Below are positions 21,357-32,900 of a stretch of 64,000 nucleotides of DNA, piece after piece. The notes beneath the pieces are model-generated. The model did no database searches, had not been told where the DNA came from, and saw only the letters and a list, made by a program, of their open reading frames with translations. Made by a program: the position numbers and the translations under genes. Position 1 is the first letter of the stretch; each line of letters opens with the position of its first letter. The stretch covers positions 62,001-126,000 of the forward strand of contig JAKMXF010000144.1 in the NCBI GenBank assembly GCA_024704765.1, written 5' to 3'. The stretch comes from Oopsacas minuta. Its lineage: Eukaryota > Animalia > Porifera.

Positions 21357-23636
21357 ATGTTAAAGTTCCAAAAGATATTTTCAATACAGCAGAATGAAAT
21401 CCAGACCGCTGAGTCAGGGGTGCATATAGTCGGGAGGTGTGAAGGGAACAGTGTATTGGTTAGTTACATAACAGACAGCGGGAATGTGCAGACAGTGATA
21501 GCCGAGTATAATTTGGAGACGCACAAGAACACAGTCTTGTTCCAAGAAGAGGGCGTACACCACGTGTGTAGCGCATCACAAGACACTTCACAGTTCCTCT
21601 TAGGGTTCACATTTCGTCTGGAGGAGGAGGAGAGGGGAGAGGGATATACCTATGTAACCAGGATAGCGGAGGTTAATCCCATGAGACGCACGTTCCGACT
21701 AGGGGAACCTACGTGGGAGCTTCAGAGGCTGATGTTCCTCTCCCCAGAGGGGGATACTCTTGACACCCATTATATATTCTACATACACCATAAGGAGATT
21801 ATCCAGTATAAATGTGTCCTCACCGGAGATCCGACCTGTCTCTCTGTCAGCACTCAGCCTGTACCCTACCTCTTAGCGGACACATTTGCGTGGGCAGAGC
21901 TAGATATAGACAGATCACTCCTGTACTTTGCCACTCTAACAGCTGATAGCAACAAAACTGTGATGGTAACAGCACTCCGTCTATCTTACCATTCAGAACC
22001 AGACCTCAGTGCGGAGAAAATATTCTCAATAAACTTCACACTTCCTAAACCCTACGATTTGATTGGTGGAGATCTCTCATATGAGGATAGGCAGCCAACC
22101 CCACAAGTGGCAGATAAGTGTCTTAATCTTTGTGTCCGCACCATGGATAATGGGAGCATATGTTTCTGTATGCAGTTTAGCGGTCTTAAACCTGGAGAAG
22201 GGGGTAAGCCAGAATACGGAGTGTTTATGCTACATAACGGACACTTCCTACACTGCCAACTGCCACCTAACATCTGTGACACTCTGCCACCTTCTAAGAT
22301 CCACTTCATGGTGTGTAATAAGCTTCTACTTGCCTACCTACCAAATGGATTCCTACATGTGTTGAATTGTTCAGGAGAATTCGAGTTATATCATCACATA
22401 GTGGCTACAGGGCCTCACTGTCCTGTCTGGGAAGATGGCTCCAATTGTGTCGATGTGTTGGGAGAGTGGCTCTTGTCCTGGGGGACAGGTACGATCTATT
22501 CCCCGAGGTTTGATAGCGAGGGATTAATGAGACTCTTCAGGAATACAGGGTGCTCCAGAAATCAGCTGGCAATTGTCCACATATCTCTCTTGTTCCTTGA
22601 CGACCCAGATCTGATACCAGATATCATAAAAGAAACCACTTATCGTGCCACTCAAATTGTGGCGCACGACATATTTGTAGAATTCCTGCTAGCACATGCT
22701 TACGCCTCTATACGTAATAGTGTCCCTGTTAAAATACAACGATCTCTGCCAGTGACAGCCTCCTCTTCTTTCTATCATGCTATCACATATAGAGAAGGTT
22801 CAGGTGTCCTCGCCACTTTTGTCACTTCTCGTATAGGTGGTATATCCGGGAATATTCTAGAAATGCCTGAGGGTATTTCCCGCTTAATGGATCGCACTAA
22901 GAATAACTACTATATTGTCAGATTTGGGAGGAACAGGTTTGGACCCAAGAGCATTGTCCAAGGATACCTGAATGGGGATGGAAGTGTCATAAAGGTGGTG
23001 GAGACCATCTCCCAAACGTCACAAGCCAAGAGGAGGGGTATCATGGGCTTCTTTGACTCCTTCAAGAAGTCAGGTTCAGGTGTGGCGCCTTTTACCCCTG
23101 GTCCAATGGATGAAGGAGCTATTGCATTCCTGAGGCTGGTTGCTAACGAGATACAGCCTAACTTACTGATGTCACAAGTTCAATGGGAGAGATTACTTGC
23201 ATACCTAACACCATATATAATCATCAGGGACTGTGAAGAGGGATTGGAGTCAGTGGTCTCTCGGTTTGTGTCGCTACAGCACGAGGCTTCCAGGAAGCTT
23301 CTGCTAGGTATTTGGGCCGGTTTAGAATTGAGACCGGAAGAGGACCCAATGATGACCCCCCTCATGTCACGGAGGACTGAAAAATCCAAATTACTCTACC
23401 ACGCAACAGAGAAATATTGTCTAGCAGCCCGCGAGCTCTCCTATCCTCTCCCAAGAGGGTTCAATTCCCTCTCCTGTTGTCTGGCATTCCGACACATGAC
23501 ACCCCGACAATTCGCGACACATGTGGAGCTAAAACTCCTCCAGGTGACTGACTATTTCTACGAGAAGATAGAGAAGGAGGAAGTGGAGGTAGAAGATGGT
23601 TTCTATAAAGTGCTAATGGCTTTCAGAGATAACTGA
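21357..23636 (+). CDS. GSAP: Gamma-secretase-activating protein-like, intronless
   Basis: 759 aa; IAEYNLETHKNTVLF...VCSASQD and C-terminal PLPRGFNSLSCCLAFRHMTPRQFATHVE resemble GSAP N-terminus and GSAP-16 domain as recalled. Confidence 0.7.
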   Translation: MLKFQKIFSIQQNEIQTAESGVHIVGRCEGNSVLVSYITDSGNVQTVIAEYNLETHKNTVLFQEEGVHHVCSASQDTSQFLLGFTFRLEEEERGEGYTYVTRIAEVNPMRRTFRLGEPTWELQRLMFLSPEGDTLDTHYIFYIHHKEIIQYKCVLTGDPTCLSVSTQPVPYLLADTFAWAELDIDRSLLYFATLTADSNKTVMVTALRLSYHSEPDLSAEKIFSINFTLPKPYDLIGGDLSYEDRQPTPQVADKCLNLCVRTMDNGSICFCMQFSGLKPGEGGKPEYGVFMLHNGHFLHCQLPPNICDTLPPSKIHFMVCNKLLLAYLPNGFLHVLNCSGEFELYHHIVATGPHCPVWEDGSNCVDVLGEWLLSWGTGTIYSPRFDSEGLMRLFRNTGCSRNQLAIVHISLLFLDDPDLIPDIIKETTYRATQIVAHDIFVEFLLAHAYASIRNSVPVKIQRSLPVTASSSFYHAITYREGSGVLATFVTSRIGGISGNILEMPEGISRLMDRTKNNYYIVRFGRNRFGPKSIVQGYLNGDGSVIKVVETISQTSQAKRRGIMGFFDSFKKSGSGVAPFTPGPMDEGAIAFLRLVANEIQPNLLMSQVQWERLLAYLTPYIIIRDCEEGLESVVSRFVSLQHEASRKLLLGIWAGLELRPEEDPMMTPLMSRRTEKSKLLYHATEKYCLAARELSYPLPRGFNSLSCCLAFRHMTPRQFATHVELKLLQVTDYFYEKIEKEEVEVEDGFYKVLMAFRDN

Positions 23637-23679
23637 TTTAATAGCTGTAAATACAAACAAATAATTATATTAATATTAC

Positions 23680-24063
23680 TCAATTCACTTCTACATAGGT
23701 ATTGGAGGAGGGCAGGGGATCAGCTGATTGGTACACAGGATTAGGTTCCAAATTGACAATATCCTTCATTCCATTAGGGAGGCTGTGTGAGGTGTCAAGT
23801 GGCTGCCGATACACATCCTGTTTTGAGTATCGAACAGTTGAATACTCTGCTATCGAGGGTTGCCTTACGAACACTTCACAATCCAAATCAGTAGAAGTGG
23901 TTTTTGATGTAATGTGTCGTTCTGCTCTGTCTCTGAGTACCACTTTAGCCAGTATGCCACCTAGCAGGATATTCAGCAGAACAGAGATTAGCAAGGAGAA
24001 CGAGATAGGTGTGAAAATGATTAATAGAGCTGTATTATCCATGGTTTCAGTTCCGTTACGCAT
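23680..24063 (-). CDS. Small single-pass membrane protein with multi-tyrosine tail (transmembrane-adaptor-like)
   Basis: About 12-aa ectodomain with NGT sequon, long hydrophobic TM, tail motifs YSTV, NPVY and YVEV. Could be a terminal exon of an upstream gene. Confidence 0.6.
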   Translation of the reverse strand: MRNGTETMDNTALLIIFTPISFSLLISVLLNILLGGILAKVVLRDRAERHITSKTTSTDLDCEVFVRQPSIAEYSTVRYSKQDVYRQPLDTSHSLPNGMKDIVNLEPNPVYQSADPLPSSNTYVEVN

Positions 24064-24135
24064 TCTTACTCCTCCGCACTGTTAATCGCTTTATTTATAG
24101 GTAACCTAACAACTAATTGTGGCAATGGAATTCGA

Positions 24136-25099
24136 CTACTTGATAATTCTCACCTCAAAGATCAACAATATCCTAACCAACTCAATTCTAAGAATTCTAA
24201 TCAATAAGCTATGACTTAAGCCAAACAGCACAAATGTAAGAAGAGTTATGCAATATTATACAGAATTAATATATACTGGGAATTGTAATTCCTTTCTGAA
24301 ACAGTAGCTGCACGTGCTCTATACAACCAATTTGGATCAAAGGAATGTCTGTATATCATTTTGTTAATTGATAACAACAGCTGACCTGATTTAATGTAGT
24401 CTGTATCTTTATGAGAGTTTTTAAAGGTGTGAATATTTTCTGAGATATGCCTCACTAGATCATGGGTATCTCTGCTTAGTTGAGAGAGAATGGCGTCCCT
24501 CAGCTCCTCTATTTTAAACACCTTTTCCTCACCTATAGTATAAAATATTATAATAATTGTGACACGCTCAGAATATGTCATATTCTACACACATTCCAAA
24601 TTGTATGTTCCTAGCTCTTAGCAGTAAATAATATTAATTATTGGAACTAACTAGGTGTAAGTGTAAGCTCTCTCTCCAATACATCATATATTCTCAGCTG
24701 ATAGATCAGCTGATCCAATTGCTCATCAGAGAATGGAAGCTCTCTCACACGAGACCACAGATCTTGTGTCCACTTGTCCTCTAGTTCCACTTCATTCCAG
24801 GCAGGTGTACCTTCCAGAGTTCCTGGGAGGGGAGCTGTCAGCTGATATCTGTCCATCACCTCCCTGAACCTGTCCCTAACTTCAAGAGACAGCCTCTCCG
24901 CGGTGTACCTGTCTGCACCCCTCAATCTCACCTCTAGTTCGTCTATCCGAGAGAGCTCCAGATGGAGACTAGCCATCTCAGGGTGTGATAGTCTCAGTTT
25001 TCCCTGTCTCCACAGTTGATTGAGTAGAGGGGACTGTAGACCTGCCAAGAGTCCCGGTAGGGACAAGAGGATCATCACCCTAACTATCATACTATTCAT
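24136..25099 (-). CDS. LRPAP1: LDL-receptor-associated protein (RAP) chaperone-like; 3' exon structure uncertain
   Basis: Signal peptide then RAP-like helical repeats LQSPLLNQLWRQG...LHLELSRIDELE, EDKWTQDLWSRV...FSDEQLDQL, and downstream pieces EHVQLLFQKG and IFEVRIIK (cf. FEAKIEK). Domain 3 needs a 37-nt intron. Confidence 0.6.
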
Positions 25100-25425
25100 A
25101 TTAATAACTATTATAGAAGGGAGACAATTGATTGGCTGAGAGAGAGAGAGAGAGATTAGCTCACCTGTCTCCTTGATTCTACAGGGTTACATACAATCAA
25201 ATTTAGTGCTATTTATAGCTACAAAAATAACACACACACACACACCCTATGGTGCTAAAAAAAAGCTAATAGTTACCGTAGGGTATGTGTGGAATGTATG
25301 TGTCTCACCTGGAGGTGTGAATGGCCGCGAGGGCTGCAGAAGACAGTTATAATATACAGATAGTGTAATGTCATTAAATATTAGCAAATTTGTTCAAATA
25401 ATTAATAATTCCAATTCAAACTTAC

Positions 25426-27243
25426 TCAGAATTGCCTCAAACTGAATCCGGCCCCTTCTATCCCGAAGATACCCTCCAGAGGGTTCTGTCCAATGGTCCC
25501 TCCTCCCGCGGGAGCTGAGGGACTAGCGTTGAGCTTCACACGTCCCTTGAGTCCACTGACACCTCTCACTTGCTCGCTCTTAGCGGGCCAGGTAGGGAAT
25601 TCGTCCGGTGGGACAGGATAGGGGGTCTCTTTAAAGTAGGGATGCTCCTCTGCGTCCCTTGCAGTAATCCTGAACTCTGGTGAGTAGGTTAAGAATGAGT
25701 TCATGAGTTTGACACCTTGATCAGAGAGGTGTGGGAAGCTCTTCCTCAGGTTATTGAAAGGATATACTGTAAATGAAGCCTTCTTAACACAAGACAGCTG
25801 GGAGTACCCTGGCCAAATACCCTCGTTTGGAGTACCTAACATCTGGAATATTCTACTAATCTGGTCGATCTCTGATTTACCAGTAAACAGAGCCTTCTTG
25901 TTCACAAGCTCTGCGAATACACACCCAACTGACCAGAGGTCTATAGGTGTACTGTACTTATCGGCACCCAAGAGAAGCTCAGGTGCTCGATACCATAAGG
26001 TGACAACTAAACTAGTGTACGCCTTAAGAGGAGACCCGTATTCACGCGCCAATCCAAAGTCCCCGATCCTTAGACGGCCCCGATGGGACAGCAGGAGATT
26101 AGAGGTCTTTATGTCCCGATGAAGTATCCAGCTGTCATGTAGATGAGCTAGCCCCCTCAGTAATTGTATCATAAGGGTCTTGACCTCTCCCGAGAGGAAC
26201 GGCTTCCTCATAACCTCCATCAAGGACTTGAGGTCATGCTCTAAGAAGTCCATTACCAAATAGATCTTATCCATATTGTGCCCTACCACTATTTGACGCA
26301 CGTGTACAACATTCTCATGTGAAGCCTTGAGTAGGGTGTTGATCTCCCTCAGAGAGGTGACAGGGAACCCTTCCTTCTCCTTCTCCATTTTGAGTCTCTT
26401 CAGAGCTACTGTCTCCCCTGTCCGTTTGTCTTTAGCTCTGTATACGACACCAAATGTACCTATAGAAATGGAGAGATGGATCCTGCCACTTGTGCCACTT
26501 AACACCTATAACTTACCTTCCTCTATTCTATTCAGAATCTCGTAGTGGTCTACTGTGACACATCCATATATGGCAGGATAGTAGGCGGGCAGTTTCTGGG
26601 GAGGAGGGGACGGACTTCGAACCAAGAGGGGAGCGTCAGGAGAGTGTCTTGGTGAAGCCAATAGAGGACTGATTGACCTCTCGGGAGAGGGTAGGATGTC
26701 AATAGGAGAGGGTGGATGTTCCGATCCTGACTCTTGAGATATCTGTTGGTAGGGAGAGGCCGGGAGCTGTTTGGGTCGCTTGACACTCCTTGGAGATTCT
26801 AGAGATGATCTGGAATGTGAAGAACTATGTCTATGTCTGTGTCTATCAGGTGTACCATGTCTACAACAAATAATAACTAATAATATTAATAATCAGCTAG
26901 TGAGGTGTGAATTGGTACCTGTGTTTGTACTTGTCACGTTTATGTGACCTCCTGCTGTGTTTAGGAGGTGTTAGATGTTTCCTCTTGGACTGAGTTGTTC
27001 TAAAGTACAGAATATATAGATAAGAAATATTCTTATAAATTGTTGTGTCTAATGAACTAGCCTCCTGTCTCTAGTTGCCCCCCTGTCAGATCCTCTTTCC
27101 CTTCTCTCAGGGGATCTTCTACGGGTCTCCTTCCTATCTGGTGCCCGTCGGATGGGTGCAGGAGAGGACAGCTCCCCAGAGGAGCTGGATAGAGGCTCCA
27201 GTAGGCTCTCTGACTTGACAGCCGTTTTTGAGTTAGAATTCAT
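25426..27243 (-). CDS. CDK11: Cyclin-dependent kinase 11 (PITSLRE), multi-exon
   Basis: EKEGFPVTSLREIN, VVGHNMDKIYLVMDFLEHDLK, HRDIKTSNLL, DFGLAREYGSP, FPTWPAKSE, C-terminal GFSL; RS-rich N-terminus. Confidence 0.92.
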
Positions 27244-27334
27244 ACTAATAACCAATCAAAATTAAGCAGTGATAAGTAGCTAAATTTAGAACACCTAATA
27301 CGTGGTAGATATATATATATATATATAATAAGTG

Positions 27335-27727
27335 TTATTTAGGATTCATAAGAGTGTCCTCCTTGAGGGCGCCAAGTACAAGAAGGGAGAGCAAAGGGGG
27401 AGCAGGGGTATCTGTTGATGGGACAGAGGGGAGGTTGAATAGTTCCGATAGGAAGGTGGGATCAGTTTCTTTCTTATCAAGTCCTGTTTCTGATATTAAT
27501 ACCTCAGCCGTTGCTAGGTAACCACTATTAGCGAGGTATTGTCTCACGAGCTCATTGATCAGCTGGGACTGAGCAGAAAGGGGTGGAGGAGTTGTGGGGT
27601 GACGGAGGAGACGGAAGAAGCTCTGCCAGAGAGAGGCTTCGATCTGTTTCAGCTGTCCGGTACTCTTTAGTTCTGTTAATAATGCTTCTCTCAGCTGATC
27701 ACGTTGTTCTGACTCATTACCAGACAT
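27335..27727 (-). CDS. CEP20: FOP N-terminal-like centrosomal protein (LisH)
   Basis: LREALLTELKSTGQLKQIEASL...LINELVRQYLANSGYLATAEVLISETG...PLLSLLV; intronless. Confidence 0.8.
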   Translation of the reverse strand: MSGNESEQRDQLREALLTELKSTGQLKQIEASLWQSFFRLLRHPTTPPPLSAQSQLINELVRQYLANSGYLATAEVLISETGLDKKETDPTFLSELFNLPSVPSTDTPAPPLLSLLVLGALKEDTLMNPK

Positions 27728-27943
27728 TACACTAATATATATATACTTGTTAATCAGCTCGGTATAACACATATTTTAGCGGGATCTAGCATGATAGTTG
27801 TCTAATGCTATCACGGGTTATCCGTCAGTCTCACACTTTTTCGCGGCCTAATGAAAATTTTCACGGCCTTGTGAGATGCCCAGCTTGACACCTGTGTCTG
27901 TCCACTAAAAAGTGTCACATACTACCAAAAACCATATCCTGGA

Positions 27944-27973
27944 CATCCAACACGCCTCCTGGAGTGTTGGATG
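27944..27973. other. Near-perfect inverted repeat/hairpin in CEP20-NKRF divergent region
   Basis: CATCCAACAC (27944-27953) ... GTGTTGGATG (27964-27973), 10-nt loop containing CTCC-T-GGAG. Confidence 0.7.
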
Positions 27974-28283
27974 GTGTGTTCTGAGTGGCAATTATCGCAG
28001 GATGTGTCTGTGTTATGGCATTAACTATAGGAGAAGAGATACTGTTGAATGAGTACATTTATCTCACTACGTATTAGTTAAGAGAATTTGCCATACTTTC
28101 TTGTATATGGAATTCTCCACAAACTTGTATGTATGTGATCATGCATACCCACTCAACACCACACTCGACTCTGTGAGCATGCACACAAGACCCTGCGAGC
28201 AGCACACTCGATTTTGTAACTCACATTTCTTATAATTCGTAGATTATTCTAGAATAACTGTTAGACAAGTTAGTGAATATATT

Positions 28284-29558
28284 ATGAGTGTTATAACTCT
28301 ACAAACGTGTGATTTCGGTGGGAATGAAGTCAGACAACAGGTACACGAGACAGAGAGCATGTTCCTCTCCCGTGTACAGTTCATTAGGGACCATTGGGAG
28401 GAGACGGGGTTCCAGAAGGCACTGACTAGATCAATGGTATTCTCGAATAAACATTTCTTGGGTTGTTCATATCCAAAGGAAGTTATGACAGACATAGAAC
28501 AATATCCAGCACCCAACTGTCTACAGACTGGATTTGATTCTATGAATAAACGCCGACTCCTGACGAATAAGAAACGGACATTCGATCCACGCGGGTCCCC
28601 ACCAGCTGTCCAAGGGGCAGTGTCTCACGTGTTCTCCTTAGAGTTCCAAAAACTTTGCAAACAAATGTCACTCTCCCCTTACAAAGATGCTGAGGCTATT
28701 AGCAACCCGACAGGACAACTGATCAACTTCACACAACAAAACGGATGTACCTGTATCTTCCATGAATCCGATACTCCTCTCCCAAGATCTGCTGCCTTCT
28801 CCTTCAGAGTAGAGGTCGAGGGTGTCACAATAGCTATAGGGGAGGGACCTTCTAAGGCTAAGGCCAAGAGGGTAGCAGCGGATAGCGCGATAGAGGCCAT
28901 ATTCCATTGTCAGAAGATATTCGGACATCTGTCTAAAGCTAAGAGGGACGTTAAGATTATATCAAGGGGAGAGTTACAATGGGGAACAGACTCCTCTACC
29001 CCTGGGGGTCAATGGGAAGACAGGAGTCTGAAGTTGTTACAAAACGCCGGATGGTCTGGGTCCGTCGAGGAGTTGGGGTCTACGGGGAACAATTCTTCCT
29101 TCTCCATGAACCGAGCAGGTTTGGGGTCTAACAGAGGCCAGGATTTAAGCGGTGGACATATAGAACTGAGACTACATGAATTTATTGAATCACAAGAAGA
29201 GGAACTAGTATTCTCAAGTGAACTATCATCCGATGAGAGGAAACTGGTCCACGTGCTGGCACAGAGATACGGACTTAGACATTCCTCTAAGGGACAAGGG
29301 GAGTCTAGGTATCTAGTCGTATTCAAGCGACCCGATCTCCCTAATCAGCACCCTCCCCTAATTCCAATGCCTCCCTCCTTAATGTCAGAGTATCAACCCC
29401 AGAGATACGACGGTGGACCTGGGTATCATGGGGCCTTCGTGCCCCCTCCAGACAGGTACCATTCACTCAGATCTAGGAGAGGGAGGGGAAGAGGATGGGG
29501 ATATAGAGATAGGGGGAGAGGGTATGATAGACAGTACGATAGATACGAGCCTTATTGA
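28284..29558 (+). CDS. NKRF: NF-kB-repressing factor-like (XTBD + dsRBD + G-patch + R3H), intronless
   Basis: XRN2-binding motif SMVFSNKHFLGCSYPKEVM; dsRBD GEGPSKAKAKRVAADSA; degenerate G-patch LKLLQNAGWSG; R3H ELSSDERKLVHVLAQRYGLRHSSKGQGESRYLVV. Confidence 0.8.
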   Translation: MSVITLQTCDFGGNEVRQQVHETESMFLSRVQFIRDHWEETGFQKALTRSMVFSNKHFLGCSYPKEVMTDIEQYPAPNCLQTGFDSMNKRRLLTNKKRTFDPRGSPPAVQGAVSHVFSLEFQKLCKQMSLSPYKDAEAISNPTGQLINFTQQNGCTCIFHESDTPLPRSAAFSFRVEVEGVTIAIGEGPSKAKAKRVAADSAIEAIFHCQKIFGHLSKAKRDVKIISRGELQWGTDSSTPGGQWEDRSLKLLQNAGWSGSVEELGSTGNNSSFSMNRAGLGSNRGQDLSGGHIELRLHEFIESQEEELVFSSELSSDERKLVHVLAQRYGLRHSSKGQGESRYLVVFKRPDLPNQHPPLIPMPPSLMSEYQPQRYDGGPGYHGAFVPPPDRYHSLRSRRGRGRGWGYRDRGRGYDRQYDRYEPY

Positions 29559-29678
29559 TTGGAATGTTAATTAAACTGTTGAATTGTTATATCTTAAACC
29601 AAAATAATTTCTTACAATTTTAACACCTTCATTAATATTTTAGATTCTTATAAATATTATAATGAATTCAAAGAAACA

Positions 29679-29691
29679 GCTCCCTAGCAAC
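29679..29691 (+). promoter_or_regulatory. X-box-like element upstream of the dynein gene
   Basis: GCTCCCTAGCAAC with a perfect TAGCAAC half-site ~210 nt before the ATG; RFX control of motile-cilia genes is established. Confidence 0.45.
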
Positions 29692-29901
29692 CGCGCCCAG
29701 ACAGGAATGCAAACAGACAATAAACGGTGAGTTCCTATAACACCTCATTATTATCCTAATTAGTTCCAATTGTAATATGAATAGACTATTAGTGCGGGAT
29801 TCTAGTTATAGAACTCAATAAGTGCGGGCTTTCTTATAGGCTATTAGAGGGGATTCATAAGTTGTTATTAAATCTTCTTCTTCTATTTTTAGGGAAGAAT
29901 T

Positions 29902-32900
29902 ATGGCAGATAAATCGGGTCAACCGACCCATACCAGGAAGCACGCGCGTAGGGGACAGGTTAAGGAGCAGAAGGCCCGCGTGACGATAGCTCCAGACATT
30001 TTGAAGGAGCGACAGCAGATACTTAAAGAGCAGAGAGAAGCCCTGAGGGTAGAGCTGGATGGAAGACATAGATTCGTGGTGGATGTCTTATCAGACACAT
30101 TTAAGATGGAGTACCAGGAGGTGGAGGACGCTATCCTGACCCAGGAGTATCTCGAGATGTTCTCAGAATTCTTCCAGCCGAATGATGCTACTCACCTCTT
30201 GTTCTTCTATGAACCCCCCGTAGAGGGAGAGGGAAGGAAGGCTAAAGCTAGAATAGTGATGACGTCAGGAGAGGAACATGCTTACACCGGTCTATGCGCT
30301 TTCTTCACAAAAACAGGAGCGAAGGCCATCTCCACTGCTAATATAGCCGCAGAGGTGAATTTTGGAAGCCTAGAGTCTACCCCTGTTGGCATGTTAGGTG
30401 CGATAGAGCGACTACTCTCCTCTCTCTTCTTACCCGCACTACATAGTCAAACAGACTGGGGAAGGCTAGAAGACCCCGCACTAAGGATTGAGTTCCTTTC
30501 AAGACTTGAGAACTTTGTGAATGTTCTCTCAAATGCTAAACTGTCCCTCTCTGACAGTATTAAATTCTCAGAGTGTGAAGTGGATTTATCAGATGTGTTC
30601 TCTCCCACTGACTACCTGATGGCAGCCTCAAACCCAGAAGTGTTAGAGAAGACAGAGACCCAGGCGAGGACATGGTGCGATGAGATCCATCAAATTCTGA
30701 CAGAATCCGAACAGATTAGACAGGAAGCAGATGACGTAGGTCCCAGAGCTGAGTTAGATCACTGGAAGAAGAGACTAGCCCGCTTCTCCTGCCTGACAGA
30801 GTCTCTCCGGTCCCAGGAGTGTAAGTCAGTCGTGTCTCTACTGATTGCTTCTAAATCCAAGGTGCTTAAGACCTGGCGGGAGCTGGACGCGCGTATCACT
30901 GACTGTACAAATGAAGCTAAAGATAACGTTAAGTATCTGTACACATTGGAGCGATACTGTGATCCTCTGTACAAGGCTAGCCCTGGAGCAATGGAGGAGT
31001 GTCTCTCGGGCCTCATGAACGCTGTCCGCATGATTAATTCGTACTCTCGGTATTATAACACCCCAGAGAGGATGACTGCATTATTTGTCAAGGTTACAAA
31101 TCAGATGATTACAGCCTGCAGGAGTTATATAACAAACGATGGGATAGTTAAGGTAAGGTGTTGTGTACCCACTTATATATTCTGGCATTATGTGACACAT
31201 TTGTAGGTGTGGGAGCAGGAACTGCCCCGGGTGTTGAAGAAAATGGACGTATGTCTCCACCTCAACAAGGAGTATCAGTCCTCTTTCAGACGTACCAAAA
31301 TGAAACTGGATGACACCCCTAACGAGCGACCATTTGAATTCTCAGAGATGTATATTTTTGGTAAGTTTAACGCATTTTCCGTCCGTCTCAGGAAGCTCAA
31401 AGAACTCTTCGGGACGATACAATCTTACCAGACCCTTGGACTAACACGAATAGAGGGGATGGAACCTCTGAATGGGAGGTTCATGTTAGCTGTTAGTAAT
31501 TTGAAGATGAAGCCATACGACCTCTTAGATTCTAGAAAGACTGATTTTGATGCGGACTATGAGGAGTTCAAGAGACAGGTACATGATGTGGAGAAAGCGC
31601 TACAGCTGTTGATGACTGCCTCCTTCCAGGGGATCACTTCTACCCAACGGGCACTCTCACAACTACAGAGGTTCGAACGGTTACAGGTTGGTCACTTCAT
31701 CTTATCCCTAGTCCATTCCAAACTCACATGAACTGTTAAGTGGTCTCTTAAAATAACCTAAGGTGCATGGATACATATAATTGATAAAGGGATCATGGTA
31801 TTAGATTTGGGACCCCGGAAGTGGTGGTCATTTGCCCTGGGTATGCCAAATGACCACAATCAATCAATTTTGTAGCTGAACTGTCTGAATATCTATGGTC
31901 AATATGAACAGCTGTTGCTTCAATATGCTAAGAAAGATTTGACGTATGCACAGAACCTGTACAATACAAATAGACACAATCCTCCTATTGACAGGGATAT
32001 GCCGCCAGTAGCTGGCAAGATATCATGGTCCAGGAAGCTTTATGATTTTATTTCAACACCTATGAATACGTTCTCACAAGTACCAGATCTGTTAGGTAAG
32101 ATAAACAACAAACTAACAAACAAACGAATAAACATTACCCTCTGTCCATAGGTCTCCCCTCAGCGGTAAGAGTAGTTCGGCAGTACAACAGACTAACACA
32201 GGTCCTGACGGAGTACGAGATGCTATACTACGGGGCATGGATCAGACAGCTAGAGGCTGCACAAGAGGGACTAAATGCTTCTCTCCTTGTCCGACATCCA
32301 GACACCCAAGAAATATTTGTAAACCTAGATGAACAGATCCCAGCTCTTGTTAGAGAGACAACCGTGATGTCCCGATTCGGTCTGGAGATACCTGAACAGG
32401 CTCGCTCTCTCCTCATCAAGGGGAGAGCTATCAAGGAATGTTACGACCAGCTGAAACTTTTGCTATCATCTGTTGCTAAACAGAAGAAAGGTATCAAAGA
32501 CATACTACGTCCTATTGCCCAGCATCACTTGAAACGGGTAGACGAGGTTTTGGATCCTGCCTTCACCCGTCTGACCTGGCACTCTCTTAACATCAATAAC
32601 TTCATACACAATGTATACTCAACTCTTAAGGAATTGGATACTCTCTTCTCAGCTGCTACGAATATTCTAGACAATAGAATAGAGGCTAATTTGAGGGACA
32701 TGGGGTCACTACAGCTTTCTGCACTACCAGAACAGGAACCATGGACATCGGAACACTTCCTGTCACGTGTAGAAGAGACTTGTATCAGCTCCGCCTCTCA
32801 AATTCTTATAAAGAATGCTCAGATAGAACAGGCCTCCAAGGAACTGGTAGCGATCCTACTTGCATCCTTTCAGGATCCCAAGCTACCTGACCATCTGAGA

